DNA from: the human T2T-CHM13v2.0 reference genome, Homo sapiens
NCBI RefSeq assembly: GCF_009914755.1
Contig: NC_060927.1
Direction: 5' to 3' (one strand)
DNA: 64,000 nt
Each line of letters starts with the position of its first letter. The first letter of the stretch is position 1. This document shows positions 1-13,607 of the stretch, one piece after another. Below the pieces are notes generated by a model. That model saw only the letters and a program-made list of their open reading frames with translations, was not told the DNA's origin and searched no databases. The translations under genes and the position numbers were made by a program.

Positions 1-140
1 GAAGAGAATACAGTCAAAGGAAAATCATGGAATAAAGAAAGACCAGACACAGAGATAATATACATACTTTTTTAAAAAAAAGGAAGGAAGTTGAGGGAAA
101 CTTTTTTTGTTATTTCCCATATCTAGTCAGTCAACAAGTT

Positions 141-342
141 TTATTTTGTTTTGTTTTTAAGAGATGGGTCTTGTTCTGTCACCTGGGCTGGAGTACAGTG
201 ATGTTGTCATAGCTCACTATAGTCTCAAATTCCTGGGCTCAAGGGATCCTCCCACCTCAGCCTCCCAAGTAGATAGGACCTATGGGTGCATGCCACCATG
301 TCCAGTTAATTTTGTTTTTGTATTTTTTGTAGAGATGGGGTC
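141..342 (-). mobile_element. AluJ, first part (split by THE1D)
   Basis: T-rich tail then antisense Alu right arm with J-type 'tcctgggctcaagggatcctcccacc'; TSD aacaagtt at 133-140 and 2799-2806. Confidence 0.9.
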
Positions 343-2689
343 TAATATGGTTAGGCTTTGTGTCCTCACCCAAATCTCATCTTGAGTTGTAATCCCCATA
401 ACCCTGCATGTCAAGGGAGAGACCAGGTGGAGGTAATTGAATCACAGGGGACAGTTTCCCCCATGACATTCTCATGGTAGTGACTTCTCATAAGATCTGA
501 TGGTTTTATAAGGGATTATTCCACCTTCACTTGGCACTTTTTCCTGCTGCCTTGTGAAGAAGGTGCCTTGCCTCCCCTTCACCTTCCACCATGATTGTAA
601 GTTTCCTGAGGCCTCTCCAGCCATGCTAAACTGTGAGTCAATTAGACCTCTTTGCTTTATAAATTACCCAGTCTTAGGCAGTTCTTTATAGCAGTATGAA
701 AATGGACTAATACAGTAAGTTGGTACTGCAGAGGGTGGGGTTCTGCTATAAAGATACCCAAAAATGTGGAAGCAACTTTGGAACTGGGTAACAGGCAGAG
801 GTTAGAACAGTTTGGAGGGCTCAGAGAAGACAGGGAAATGTGGGAAAGTTTGGAACTTCCTAGAGACTTGTTGAATGCCTTTGACCAAAATGCCGATAGT
901 GATATGGACAATGAAGTCCAGGCTGAAGTGGTCTCAGATGGAGATGAGGAACTTGTTGGGAACCAGAATAAAGGTGACTATTGCTATACTTTAGCGAAGA
1001 GACTGGCAGCATTCATTTTTCCCCTGTCCTAGAGATCTGTGGAACTTTGATCTCGAAGGAGATGATATAGGGTATCTGGTGGAAGAAATTTCTCAGCAGC
1101 AATGTGTTCAAGAATTGACTTGGATGCTCCTAAAAGCATTCAGTTTTATGCATTCATAAAGAGATGGTTTGGAATTGGAACTTATGTTTAAAAGGGAAGT
1201 GGAGTGTAAAAGTTTGGAAAGTGTGTAACCTCATGATGCGATAGAAAAGAAAAACCCATTTTCTGAAGAGAAATTTAAGCCAGCTGCAGAAATTTGCATA
1301 AGTAACAAGAAGCCAAATGTTAATTGCCAAGACAGTGGAGAAGATGTTTCCAGGGCATGTCAGAGAACTTCATAGCAGCACCTCCCATTACAGGCCTGGA
1401 GCCCTAGGAGGAAAAAATGTTTTTGTGGGCTGGGCCCAGGGCCTAGCTGCTTTGGGCAGTCTTGGGACTTGGTGCCCTGCGTTCCAGCCATGGCTAAAAG
1501 GGGATAACATAGAGTTCAGGCTATTGCTTCAGAGGGTGCCAGCCGCAAGCAACACGTGGTATTGAGCCTGTGGGTACACAGAAGTCGAGAACTGAGGTTT
1601 GGGAACCTCTGCCTAGATTTCAGAGGATGTATGGAAATGCCTGGATGCCCAGGAGGAAGTTTGCTGCAGGGGTGGAGCTCTCGTGGAGAACCTCTGCCAG
1701 GGCAGTGCAGAAGAGAAATGTGGGGTTGAAGCCCCTACATAGTCCCCACTGGAGCACTGCCTAGTAGAGGTGTGAGAAGAGAGCCACTGTCCTCCAGACC
1801 CCAGAATGGTAGATCCACCGACAGCTTGCACTGTGTTCCTGGAAAAGACACTCAATGCCAGCCTGTGTAAGCAGCCAGGAGAGGGGTTGTACCCTGCAAA
1901 GTCATAGGGGCAGAGCTGCCCAAGGCCATGGGAACCCATCTCTTGCATCAGCATGATCTGGATATGAGACATGGAATCAAAGGAGATCACTTCAGAGCTT
2001 AAGATTTGACTGCCCTGCAGACTTCAGACTTGCATGGGGTCTGCTGCATCTTCATTTTGGCCAATTTCTCCCATTTGGAATTGATGTATTTACTCAATGC
2101 TTGTACCCCCATTGTATCTAGGAAGTAACTAACTTGCTTTTGATTTTACAGGCGCATAGGCGAGACTTGCCTTGTCTCAGATGCAACTTTGAACTTGGAC
2201 TTTTGGGTTAAATGCTGGAATGAATTAAGACTTTGGGGGACTGTTGGGAAGGCATGATTAGTTTTGAAATGTGAAAAGGACATGAGATTTGGAAGGAGCC
2301 AGGGACGGAATGATATGGTTAGGCTTTGTGTCTCCATCCAAATCTCATCTTGAATTGTAATCCCCATAATCCCCACGTGTCAAGGGAGAGACCAGGTGGA
2401 GGTGATTGAAACATGGGGGGCAGTTTCCCCATGCTGTTCTCATAATAGTCAGTGGGTTCTCATGAGATCTGATGGTTTTATAAGGGACTCTTCCCCTTTC
2501 ACTTGGCACTTCTCCTTTCTGCTACCTTGTGAACAAGGTGCCTTGCTTCCCCTTTGCCTTCTGCCATAATTGTAAGTTTCCTGAGGCCTCTCCAGCCATG
2601 CTGATCCATGAGTCAATTAAACGTCTTTCCTTTATAAATTACCCAGTCTTGGGCGGTTCTTTATAGCAGTATGAAAATGGACTAATATG
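343..2689 (+). mobile_element. Full-length THE1D MaLR provirus (LTRs 343-714 and 2311-2689, internal region between)
   Basis: Two homologous LTRs 't(g/a)atatggttaggctttgtg...ggactaata'; THE1-int including decayed ORF 766-1032 (EATLELGNRQRLEQFGGL); 5-bp TSD gggtc (338-342) / ggatc (2690-2694). Confidence 0.95.
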
Positions 2690-2694
2690 GGATC

Positions 2695-2798
2695 TTACTG
2701 TGTTGCTCAGGTTGGTCTTGAACTCCTGGTCTCAAGCAGTCCTCAACCTTTGCATCCCAAAGTGTTAGGATTACAGGCATAAGCCATCATGCCAGGCC
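2695..2798 (-). mobile_element. AluJ, remainder (left arm)
   Basis: 'tgttgctcaggttggtcttgaactcctgg...gccaggcc' continues the Alu broken at 342. Confidence 0.9.
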
Positions 2799-3399
2799 AA
2801 CAAGTTCTTTAAATGGATTCTCTAACAAATCTTCCTTTCCATTTCACCACTTTCTTTTAGACAATAACACATATCCTTGGTTAAAAGAAAACCAGGTCAT
2901 GTTCTTTTTATTTTGGAATATTCCAATACCTGTATTACCAGTATTCATGCCACCTTAAAACTCTATCAAACACTACTGTCAATATATTGCTTTTCTGCTC
3001 TGCTCAGAAACCTTCCAGGGTTCCCTAGTACCAATTTTATTATATTGAATATAAGCTTTAAGTTTAAGCTGGCTCTTACAACCCTTCAATATATGACCCC
3101 ATCCTATCTAGCCCTCATCAGTCTAACCAGCATTGCCTTCTCATACAGCCTTCTGTGTTCTTTCCATTTAAAATGTCCTTCCTGCTTTGCTTTTATTCTC
3201 TGAATTCTACCTCTTATTGAAAGTCCAGTCAAGTTTTCCCTTCTTTGTGAAATTTTCTGTCTTGTCCAGTTTATCTTCCCCTCTGGTAGCCATTTCAGTA
3301 TCCACAGTATGTAATGTGCCATTTTGGATGGCAATACGTATGAAAGTGGGAAAAGTGTTTGGATTTGCGTTGGGTTAGCATTGTCCCTAGCACTGCACT

Positions 3400-3570
3400 T
3401 AATGACACTGGGCAATGTACTCACCCTCTCTGAAGCTCCATTTTCTCATCTGTAAAGTGGGGACAATATTGATTTCACCTTAGAGGTAAGGATACCTTTA
3501 CTTCTTAGGTAAAAGATAGGATAGCTGGAAAGATAGGTATATGGTACTTAACATCATGCCTGCCACAGGA
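3400..3570 (+). mobile_element. MIR
   Basis: Core 'gggcaatgtactcaccctctctgaagctccattttctcatctgtaaagtgggga'. Confidence 0.65.
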
Positions 3571-3669
3571 AGAACTACACCAGAAGTGTCAACAATTTCC
3601 TTCTTGTCTTCATATCTCCTTCTGAAAGAATCTATGCCTGCTAGAGCCCCAGAAGAGATACCTACCAGT

Positions 3670-4140
3670 TTAGATGCTTTTTGGATCTAAGTAACAGAAT
3701 GCCTAACTAAAAGTAATCAAATAATACTGACTAAAAAAAAAACTAAATTAACATGATACTTCATGTTAATTTAGTGCTGGTGTCGAGGCTCAATGATACA
3801 TGGCTCTGAATTGCCATCTCTGGGAATCAGTTAGTACCACAAAGCATGACTTACATTCATGCAGCAGAGTCAAGAGTATGGAAGGAAGGAACTCTTTTCC
3901 TACAACTTACTATTTTGGAAGAAAACCTTCCCTTGGCTTTCTTTTATGTCTCATTGGCCAGAAATATGTGATGTGTCCAAGCTTGGAGGGATTCTGAGTA
4001 AGTACATATCTGGCAGAAGGAAATTGCACTTATCATAATTGACTTGGACCAGCTATGATTCATCTCCTGGGATTGGGTACATTCCTGCCAGAAGTGGTGT
4101 TCTATTATCAAAGGAGAAGAGGGAATGGCTATAACATAGG
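3670..4140 (-). mobile_element. Old MLT1-type LTR fragment
   Basis: 'aagtaacagaa' and 'tctcattggccagaa' motifs typical of MLT1J-L; highly diverged. Confidence 0.35.
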
Positions 4141-4640
4141 CACCAATCCTGTTACTCTTTGGGTAACTCAGGATGCCACATGACCTCTTTCTACTGACCA
4201 CAACTGATTAGATGGGAATAAACATTAACCCAAGCTGAATCAATCAGATTCTCTTTCATTAGGCTTTTAATTAAGAGCCCAAGAATCAATAGTTCCTGAT
4301 TTTGGTGCATTGGTGGTATAACCAAACTTTAAAACTTTACATTCTATGATACATTCCAATAAAGGCTCCATTTAGTAGGGTTTTGTTTCTCGAAATTAGA
4401 TTAACCCTGATTAAATCACAGACTCACGTATATGGTCTCTGTTAATGATCACTAAAATAACAGCTGGTATAATATTTACTATCCTATTTTGTTTTTTAAT
4501 TGTTTCATTCATGTTTGTCTCATCTTGCGCACAACCTATAAATTGTTTAAGGCATAAATCAATCATATGTTATTTCTCATAGTTCTTAAAACAGTATTAA
4601 CAACAAGGTATATTGAGATCCCTTACTATTTGTTGATTGA

Positions 4641-4948
<308 letters not shown>

Positions 4949-5085
4949 TGCAGTTGCAATCCTTTTTAGTTAATATTTTAAGCTGTTCCAGAAGCAGATA
5001 AAAAGAGAAACATGATGATATGTTATCTGTCAGATTAGCAAAATGCAATTCCAGATTGTTGGTTTGATAAATTTAAAGTATTTTA

Positions 5086-5150
5086 AAATTGATAAAAGAA
5101 TAAAGAAATATATTCCAAATTGACAAAAGAATAAAGAAATATATTCCAAA
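5086..5150. repeat. 31-bp tandem duplication
   Basis: aaattga(t/c)aaaagaataaagaaatatattcc x2, one mismatch. Confidence 0.9.
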
Positions 5151-6034
5151 ATACAAACAGTGGTTGTGTGATCTGTTAGTGTTAGGATTTATAGGTCCTA
5201 TCTATGGGTCTATCTTCATAATACTAATCTAAATTTCAAATTTCTACACATGACATGAATTACTTTCAGAATCTGTAAAAAAAATACGTTAATTTCAAAA
5301 GAGGCAATCAAGAAAAGACAGTTGGCCATTTAGTACATGTTTTTAAATTTTCTTATTTTGTTTATGAGTAGGCTACAAATTAACTTTAATATTAGAGACA
5401 CCAACTTTGGTCTTAATTGAATATTATACAAATTAAACTTTGACTTCTTCTTACTTTAGAATAATATTAATCTTGTAGGAAAGTTTAACACAATTTTAAG
5501 CACATATACTAGCAAATTACAAGTCTTCTCTTAAAGAACTTCAAAAATTCTTATTTAATTTAAAACATGATTTAAAAATGAACAAAAGACTCCTTGGCTA
5601 TGTTTTAAGTCTAAAATCATTTGAGTTTTCTTGATATTTCTGTTCACTGTTTAAAAGAAATGCTATTCTGTTAATAGCTCATTCAAATGCTTAATGGGCA
5701 TTTGTGCAAAGTCTGACCAGTAAAAACAAAATTCCCCCAGAATCCAATATCACCAAAGCTTTTGTTTCAAGTCACAAATTAGACAAATTTGTTTTTTTCT
5801 AACACTGAACATTTTGTATCAATCAGCCTCAGTTTAAGTAAATATCCATCTCTTTACAAAACAAAATTAATATTAGAGATATTTTTGTTTGTAAAAAGAG
5901 CCAGATTCAACAAGTTCCAGATGTTGCACCTGGACCACAGATATATCCAAAATAACAAAAAAGGAAATACATTTTTTTGTTTTGTTTTGATTCCAAGCAG
6001 AAACAATCGCCACTCATGAATTCACATTAGAAAA

Positions 6035-6052
6035 TATATATATATATATATA
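6035..6052. repeat. (TA)9 microsatellite
   Basis: Direct reading. Confidence 0.9.
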
Positions 6053-9000
6053 CTCTTATACTCCATAAGGAAACACCGTTGTTTTAGCAAAGTGCTGCAA
6101 GACCTGATGTTATGTAAGTATCACGCCTTCCTATCACAGGATTGGTAGCAGATACACAGATTTGTCATCTTTAAAAAGCCACTGCCGTTGATTTTATAAG
6201 AGTTGCCAGGGTCGAATATTCACCCATGCTACATTTGGATGTGTGAGCAAAAGGCAGCTTCCTGATATTTAACTTTCATTGACAGCCCCCATGGGGCGTT
6301 AGGGGAGGGTGGAGATGGGAGGGAGGCAAGCTCTAATCTGGCCTGTAGGTAATATTACAGGCTCTGCTGGGGTCATCCCTTTGGGGTAATTTAGTCCCTG
6401 TGTCTCAGTTTCAGAATAAAGCCTCTTTCCTCAGATTCTCTCAAAAATGGCAGCTGGTAGATGGGCATTTTATAAGACCTTAAGGCGGTGGAGGAAGAGC
6501 CTCTGCTCCATGCTGGGCTCTCACTGGTTGTGGCTGCAGGGTGGCCGGCTCTGCCTAATCTCTGTTCTGGTGGCCCCTGGGAGAGCAGCCTGGCTTGGGC
6601 CTTGTGTGGGCCCCACATAGGCCCTGGACAGTCTGCAGATCTGCAGGTTGCATAATGGTAGCCATATGCCCAGCTAGAATGGGGATTCCTTTACTGCAGG
6701 AGAAAGGGAAGGAATATGGTTATTAATAGAAGTCTCTTCCTTGATAAATTTTAATTATTCCATCCTTATGTTGCAAGAATACATTCTTGAGCTTGAGTTT
6801 CTAACTTAATGTTGATGGAAAAAGCGTGTTTGATTAAAAGTTAAAAAAACAAAAAAATGCTACCTGTTCTAGCTTTTCTACTAGTCTATTGTGCAGGCTT
6901 AAGGAAGTCTGTACTCCTGATTTTGGTGTCCTTTTCTTTAAAAGAAGGGGGTGCACTAGATGTTTCAGAAGGTTCCTTGAAGCTCTGATTGTATGTACAT
7001 AAATCCAGTAATAATTTTAAAGGTCTATGATTCACAACTCTTACTTTACATAAATTTCAGAAGTTATCCTGACAGGAATACATGGGAGAATAAATTCTTC
7101 TATCTAATCTTACCTGCATTCAGAAAACTCTTAATATAACGAAATTGCCCAATATTGCCGACAGTTCTTACCCTAAGCACTTGAGTACAATTTTATCACT
7201 CTGGTTTTCAAATCTTACTTCTCTGATGGTAGATACAGACCATATTAACCGAAATTATTGTAACAAGATGAATATATGTATCAGTAACTACACAATACAT
7301 TACCTATTGGTAGTGGTTCGAAGCTGCTTTGAATGCATTATGGGTAAGTTTATGATAAATAGATTAATAAAGAAAAATGGAAATACTAGTTACATATTCT
7401 TAGTATCTGAGATTGAGGTCATGTAGCTTAATTAGACTTCCCCAGAAAAATCCTGCATATTGTCAGAGACAAAATAATTAGCTAATTGGCTAGTTAAACC
7501 ACTGTTTTGGTCATGAATGCCATTTTTTAAATGTTCTTATGAATTTGACCTACAGATAAATCTTGGGCATGGTTTGGCAAATTTAGAAGACTGAATGTGT
7601 CATTTGGGATGGGCAGAGTTACATTCATGGCCTAAGTGTTCCCTCATCTCACCTGCAGCTGGAGTTGCACCATGATTCCATATCTGTTTTGTCTTCAAGA
7701 TCTCTGTAGAGAATATTATCTATTTTAGGTGTTTTTTCTGGGAAGATAAGTTCCAAAATCTATTTTTCTACTTTTTACCATATATTTTTGTTGGGGAGGA
7801 AGAAATAGAGAAGATGACAGAAATAAAAGCTCAGTTTGTGTTTGCAAACTCTTTGGAAATCATGTTTAGCTACAATGTTGAGTCTTCTGGAGTTTCTCAA
7901 CTCAAAATTAAGTGCCCACTTTTGTCTCCTTTCTATTTCTAGGATTTCTTTTCTCCTTGAGAAGTAGATAGAGGATCTGAGGACAGCAGCCATAAGCCAT
8001 GGCCTGCTTTGAAGACCAGCAGATGGGAGAGATAGGCATCCTGAGACATTCTTTCTTTGGTATCCTCAACACTACTATCACTATGTTTGTTGGAAGGGGC
8101 ATGATGATGCTGCAAAAAAATCAGGTGAGGACATGCACAGTGCACATAACCCTGTTTACATTGAACAGACTGAACAGTCAAATGTAAATATGTGTGCAGA
8201 GTTTGCTTGAGACAGAAGTATTAATCCACTTCTTCTTTCTCCATATTTTCTGCATCTCACTAAACCCAAAGAATAATATTAGTCATATGTACCTTCACAA
8301 TAATTATATTTGCTTTTGCCTTTTCCCTTTAATCTTTGTTTACTATTGGCTTCAGCACACAGACTATTTAAATTTTTAGGTTCTTATTTGTCCATCTCCT
8401 TTTGAAAGTGTGGTAGTGTTTTTACAAGTAAATTTTTATTACACCTGTAACTGGAAGATTCTACCAAGAAAGACACAGCAAATTATTTTGAAACAGATTT
8501 TTTTTATTTAGAGAAGAATTACTTAAAATGGTATTCCTTGTTTATCTAGAGATACCCAAGATAATAAAAGCCATCTATGACAGACCCACAGCTAGTATCA
8601 TACCGAATGGGGAAAAATTGAAAGTCTTTTCTCTTAGATGTGGAACATGACAAGGATGCCCACTTTCAACACTGTTATTTAACATAGTGCTGGAAATCTT
8701 AACTAGAGCAATCAGACAAGAGGAAAGGGCATCCAAATGGGAAAGGAAGTCATCAAATTATCCTTGTTTGCAAATGATATGATCGTATATTTGGAAAAAC
8801 CTAAGGCTCCAAATTTAAGATCATATGATCTGGTCATATCATTTTGGCCTCTAAGACCAAAAAGCTATTAGAACTGATCAACAAATTCAATAAATTTGCA
8901 GGATACAAAATCAACATATAAGAATTAGTAGCATTTCTACATGCCAATAACAAATAATCTAAAAAAGAAATCAAGAAAGTAATCCTATTTACAGTAGCTA

Positions 9001-9095
9001 CAAATAAAATTAATCTCCTAGGAATAAATTTAACCAAAGAAGTGAAAGATCTCTATAATGAAAACTATAAAACATTGTTAAAAGAAATTGAAGAG

Positions 9096-9385
9096 GGCTG
9101 GGTGCGGTGGCTCACGCCTGTAATCCCAGCACTGTGGGAGGCTGAGGCGGGCGGATAATCTGAGGCTGGGAGTTTAAGACCAGCCTGACCAACATGGAGA
9201 AACCCTGTCTCTACTAAAAATACAAAATTAGGCAGGTGTGGTGGCGCATGCCTGTAATCCCAGCTACTTGGGAGGCTAAGGCAGGAGAATCGCTTGAACC
9301 CAGGACGCAGAAGTTGCGGTGAGCTGAGATCGCAACAAGAGTGAAATTCTGTCTCCAAAAAAAATAATAAAATAAAATAAAATAA
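9096..9385 (+). mobile_element. AluSp inside L1MA, about 22-bp right-arm deletion
   Basis: 'ctgaccaacatggagaaacc' and 'gttgcggtgag'; TSD aaattgaagag at 9085-9095 and 9386-9396. Confidence 0.9.
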
Positions 9386-10692
9386 AAATTGAAGAGGACA
9401 CCAAAAAATGGAAAGATATTACATGTTCATGGATTGGAAGAATCAATATTGTTAAAAATGTTCATACTACCCAAAGCAATCTACAGACTCGATGCAATCC
9501 CTATCAAAATACCAATGACATTCTTCACAGAAATAGAAAAGGAAATCTTAAAATTTGTATGGAAACACAAAAAGACCCACAATAGCCAAAACTATCCTGA
9601 GCAAAAAGGACAAAACTGGAAGAATCACATTACCTGACTTCAAATTATGCTACAGAGCAATAGTAACCAAAACAGCATGGTACTGGCATAAAAACAGACA
9701 CATAGACCAATGGAACAGAATAGAGAACCCAGAAACAAATCTACACATTTACAGTGAACTCATTTTTGACAAAGGTGCCAAGAATATATATATTGGTGAA
9801 AGGAAAGTCTCTGCAATAAATGGTGCTGGGAAAACTGGATAACCATATGCTGAAGACTGAAACTGGACACCTATCTCTCTCCATATATAAAATCAAATCA
9901 AAATCAATTAAAGACTTAAATCCAAGACTTCAGACTATAAAATTACTACAAGAAACCATTGGGGGAAACTCTCCAAGAGATTGATCTGGGCAAATATTTC
10001 TTGAATAATACTCTACAAGCACAGGCAACCAAAGCAAAGCAAAAATGAACAAATGGGATCACATTAAGTTAAAAAGCTTCTGCACAGCAAAGGAAAAAAA
10101 AAATCAACAAAGTGACGAGACAATCCACAGAATGGGAGAAAATATTTGCAAGTTCTCAATCAGACAGAGGATTAATAACTTCTCAAACAACTGTATAAGA
10201 AGCTCAAACAACTGTATAAGAAAAATCCAATAATCCAATGAAAATTCGGTAAAAGATTTGAATAGACAGTTCTCAAAAGAAGATATACAAATGGCAATTA
10301 GGTATATGAAAACATGCTCAACATCACTGACCATCAGAGAAGTGCAAATAAAAACTACAACAAGATACACTTCATCCCAGTTGAAATGGCTTTTATTCAA
10401 AAGACAGGCAGTAAGAAATGCTGGTGAGAATGTAGAGAAAAGGGAACCCTCATACGCTGTTGATGGCAATGTAAATTGGTACAATCATGATGAAGAACAG
10501 TTTGAACGTTCCTCAAAAAACTAAAAATAGAGCTACCATTTGATCCAGCAATCCCACTGACAGATACATACCCAAAAGAAAGGAAATCATTATATGAAAG
10601 AGATATCTGCACTCCCATGTTTATTGCAGCACTATTCACAATAGCCACGATTTAGAAGCAACCTAAGTTTTCATCAGCAGGTGAATGGATAA

Positions 10693-11035
<343 letters not shown>

Positions 11036-12089
11036 AAAGAAAATGTGGTACATATACACCGTGAACTAGTATTCAGCCATAAAAAGAATGAGATCCTGTC
11101 ATTTGCAACAACATGGATGGAACTGGAGATCATTGTGTTAAGTGAAATAATCCAGGCACAGAAAGACAAACTTCACATGTTTTCACTTATTTGTGGGAGC
11201 TAAAAAAATTAAAACAATTAAACTCATGGGGGATAGAGAGTAGAATGATGGTTACCAGAGGCTGAGAAGGGGAGTAGGGTTTTTTGGCAGAAGTGGGTAC
11301 AAAAAAATTACTAGAATGAATAAAATCTATATTTGATAGCACAACATGGTGGCTATAGTCCATAAAAATTTAGTTGTACATTTAAAAATAACTAAGAGTA
11401 TAATTAGGCTGTTTGTAACACAAAGGATAAATGCTTGAGGTGATGGATACCCGTTTACCCTGATATGAGTGTTATACATTGTATTCCTAAATCAAAATAT
11501 CTAATATACCCCATAAATATAAACACCTACTAGATACCCACAAAAATTAAACACTAAAAAAAAAAAAGCAGGCCCTTCATATGGGCTATATTGGTATATG
11601 TTAGGAGGTCAAATAGTGAGGAGTAAAACTGAGAATAAAATATTTAAGTGTAATCAGGTTCAATCAGTATTTTAAAAATTAGTAGTCCGAGGAAATATGA
11701 GCTTGAACCAGAAACAGAATAAAAAAAACAAGGGTGGTGAAAATTAGATAGTTCAGGCTAATACTGACTGCCATCTCTCCAATATAACAGAAAGAAGACA
11801 TCTAGTTCATTGCATAATTTTGATCACCAAAGAATAATATGGCTTACACACAGTTAGGTGAAACCAACTGGCATTAGGCTGCTCACCAAGGAAGGAGGGA
11901 AAGGAAGCTTGGTACACTAACCGCTTCCCACAGGATAATCATGTGGTTTCAGAAGAAAGTCAATGTAAATGCTTAATTTGGGCACTGAAGTAGGTAATAT
12001 TGTGGGGAGTGTACAAACAAGACAAAGAGATACTGGGTAAAAGCCCTCGAAAGAGGGATGGGGAAGACGTCGTAGGCTGGCTGAACTAA

Positions 12090-12583
12090 AATCAATGTCT
12101 AACTCCTTCTCCCTCACCCGTCTCAACTACAGAGGCTGTAAAAGCTGAACGTTTGATTTTTCTAGCCTTTGTTACATCTAGGGGACCAAATGACACACTT
12201 GAGATAAATGAGACACAGGCAGAAGCCCTTGGGGGAGCCCCTAGTGTGTCACTTTCTGAATAAAAAGCCAGAGCCTCTTGAAGAGAAAGCCCCTTGCCCG
12301 TGGTCCCTTCCTCTTTTCCTTCTTGGACATGGTAGTGAAGCTTGGAGGGGCAGCAGCCACTGGAGGACCATGAACTGGCTAACATGGATGTGAAAATCAT
12401 TACATTAAAGATAGAGAAGCAGAAAAAGAGAAAGAGCCTGGGCCTTTGATAGCATCATTGAGCTTCTTTCTGTAATAGCTCTGCTTAGCTTAGAACTTCA
12501 TGTTCCACGAAAAAAACATCCTGCCTTAACTACCATTTTTGGAGTCTTCTTCATTTGCAAATGAATGCGATGTTAACTGATAC
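12090..12583 (+). mobile_element. LTR33-like ERVL solo LTR
   Basis: 'agaggctgtaaaagctg', 'aaagagcctgggcctttgatagcatcattgagc', terminal 'aactgataca'. Confidence 0.6.
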
Positions 12584-13289
12584 AGCGGTCAAAGAAGTGA
12601 AAGGTTTTAGATTTAGAATAAATACATAAACATAAGCATGCATGTTTGAGAGCTTCATGGGTGCTGTAGACATATCACTTCTGCTGACACTAGTTAAGAT
12701 CCTATCGTTTTATAATCAAAGGTGTGTCACTTATTCTGTAACTACTCAATATCACTGCATGGAGGAAATCATGAACAGCGAAAACATGAAAACATGGCAG
12801 CTCAAACGTCTGGAGCCATCTGTGATTTGGCTTGGGATTGGAGCTAGCTATGTAACCTGCTACTCAGATGGCTCTCTTACCCAGACATTGCCTCTGAGCA
12901 GGGAGTAGAAAGGGCAGCCAACAGAATGCTGTACACATTGCCAAAAAGGAAGGAGATCAATTTCTATAAGGAGCCTAGAGTCTTCTCAGAGGGAAGACTC
13001 TGAGACTCCAATCCCTGCTCTCTGAGATTCAAAGTTAGGGACACTTGATGGGGTGGAATGAGATGGCCTTGACCAGGAGAGGTAGTTCCAGTGCAAAAAA
13101 ACTCAAAAGACGCAAAAAAAGAACTCACTGAAAGGAAGACAAAGTATGACTTGGTGATTTGGTTGCTATACAGGGATCCAAGAATTTGTGGGGTTTGCTG
13201 GTTCTGGTCCTGTAGCTGACTTATTTACTGTCCACTCAAATTGAGTGCCCCTCACTGTAGTACTCCTCCTTATGAGAGGATTAAATATC

Positions 13290-13607
13290 TCTAGCCTATG
13301 AACTTGGACACCACACTGACTGTAGTATTTGTTTTGGCCAGTGAAATATAGAAACAGTGATGTGTGTCAGTCACTTCTGGGCAAGGCAGAGAGCTAGCTA
13401 GTGTGTGGTGTACTCTGCTCTTTTTCCTCTGACTGGGGATGCTCCATATGGGGGCTGCTCTGTCAGTTGAGGTCGTGGAGTGAAGAGGAGGCAGAGCAGA
13501 GCTACAGCAGACCCACATGGGCCAGGTGAGAAAGAAACCTTTGTGATTATAAGCCAATTTGATGTAGGGATTGTTTGCTTCTGCAACAAAGCCCAGCTAT
13601 CCTGACT
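13290..13607 (+). mobile_element. MLT1I/J-type LTR
   Basis: 'tttggccagtgaaat', 'gtcacttctgggc', terminal 'ctatcctgact'. Confidence 0.65.

Noticed and set aside
766-1990. ORFs in the THE1D internal region
   Set aside because: Fragmented, frameshifted MaLR remnants.
9389-10648. Cluster of L1 ORF2-like ORFs
   Set aside because: Broken pieces of a 5'-truncated L1MA; not codable.
12640-12900. TCF/LEF and E-box motifs in unique DNA
   Set aside because: Isolated short motifs are expected by chance; nothing else supports them.
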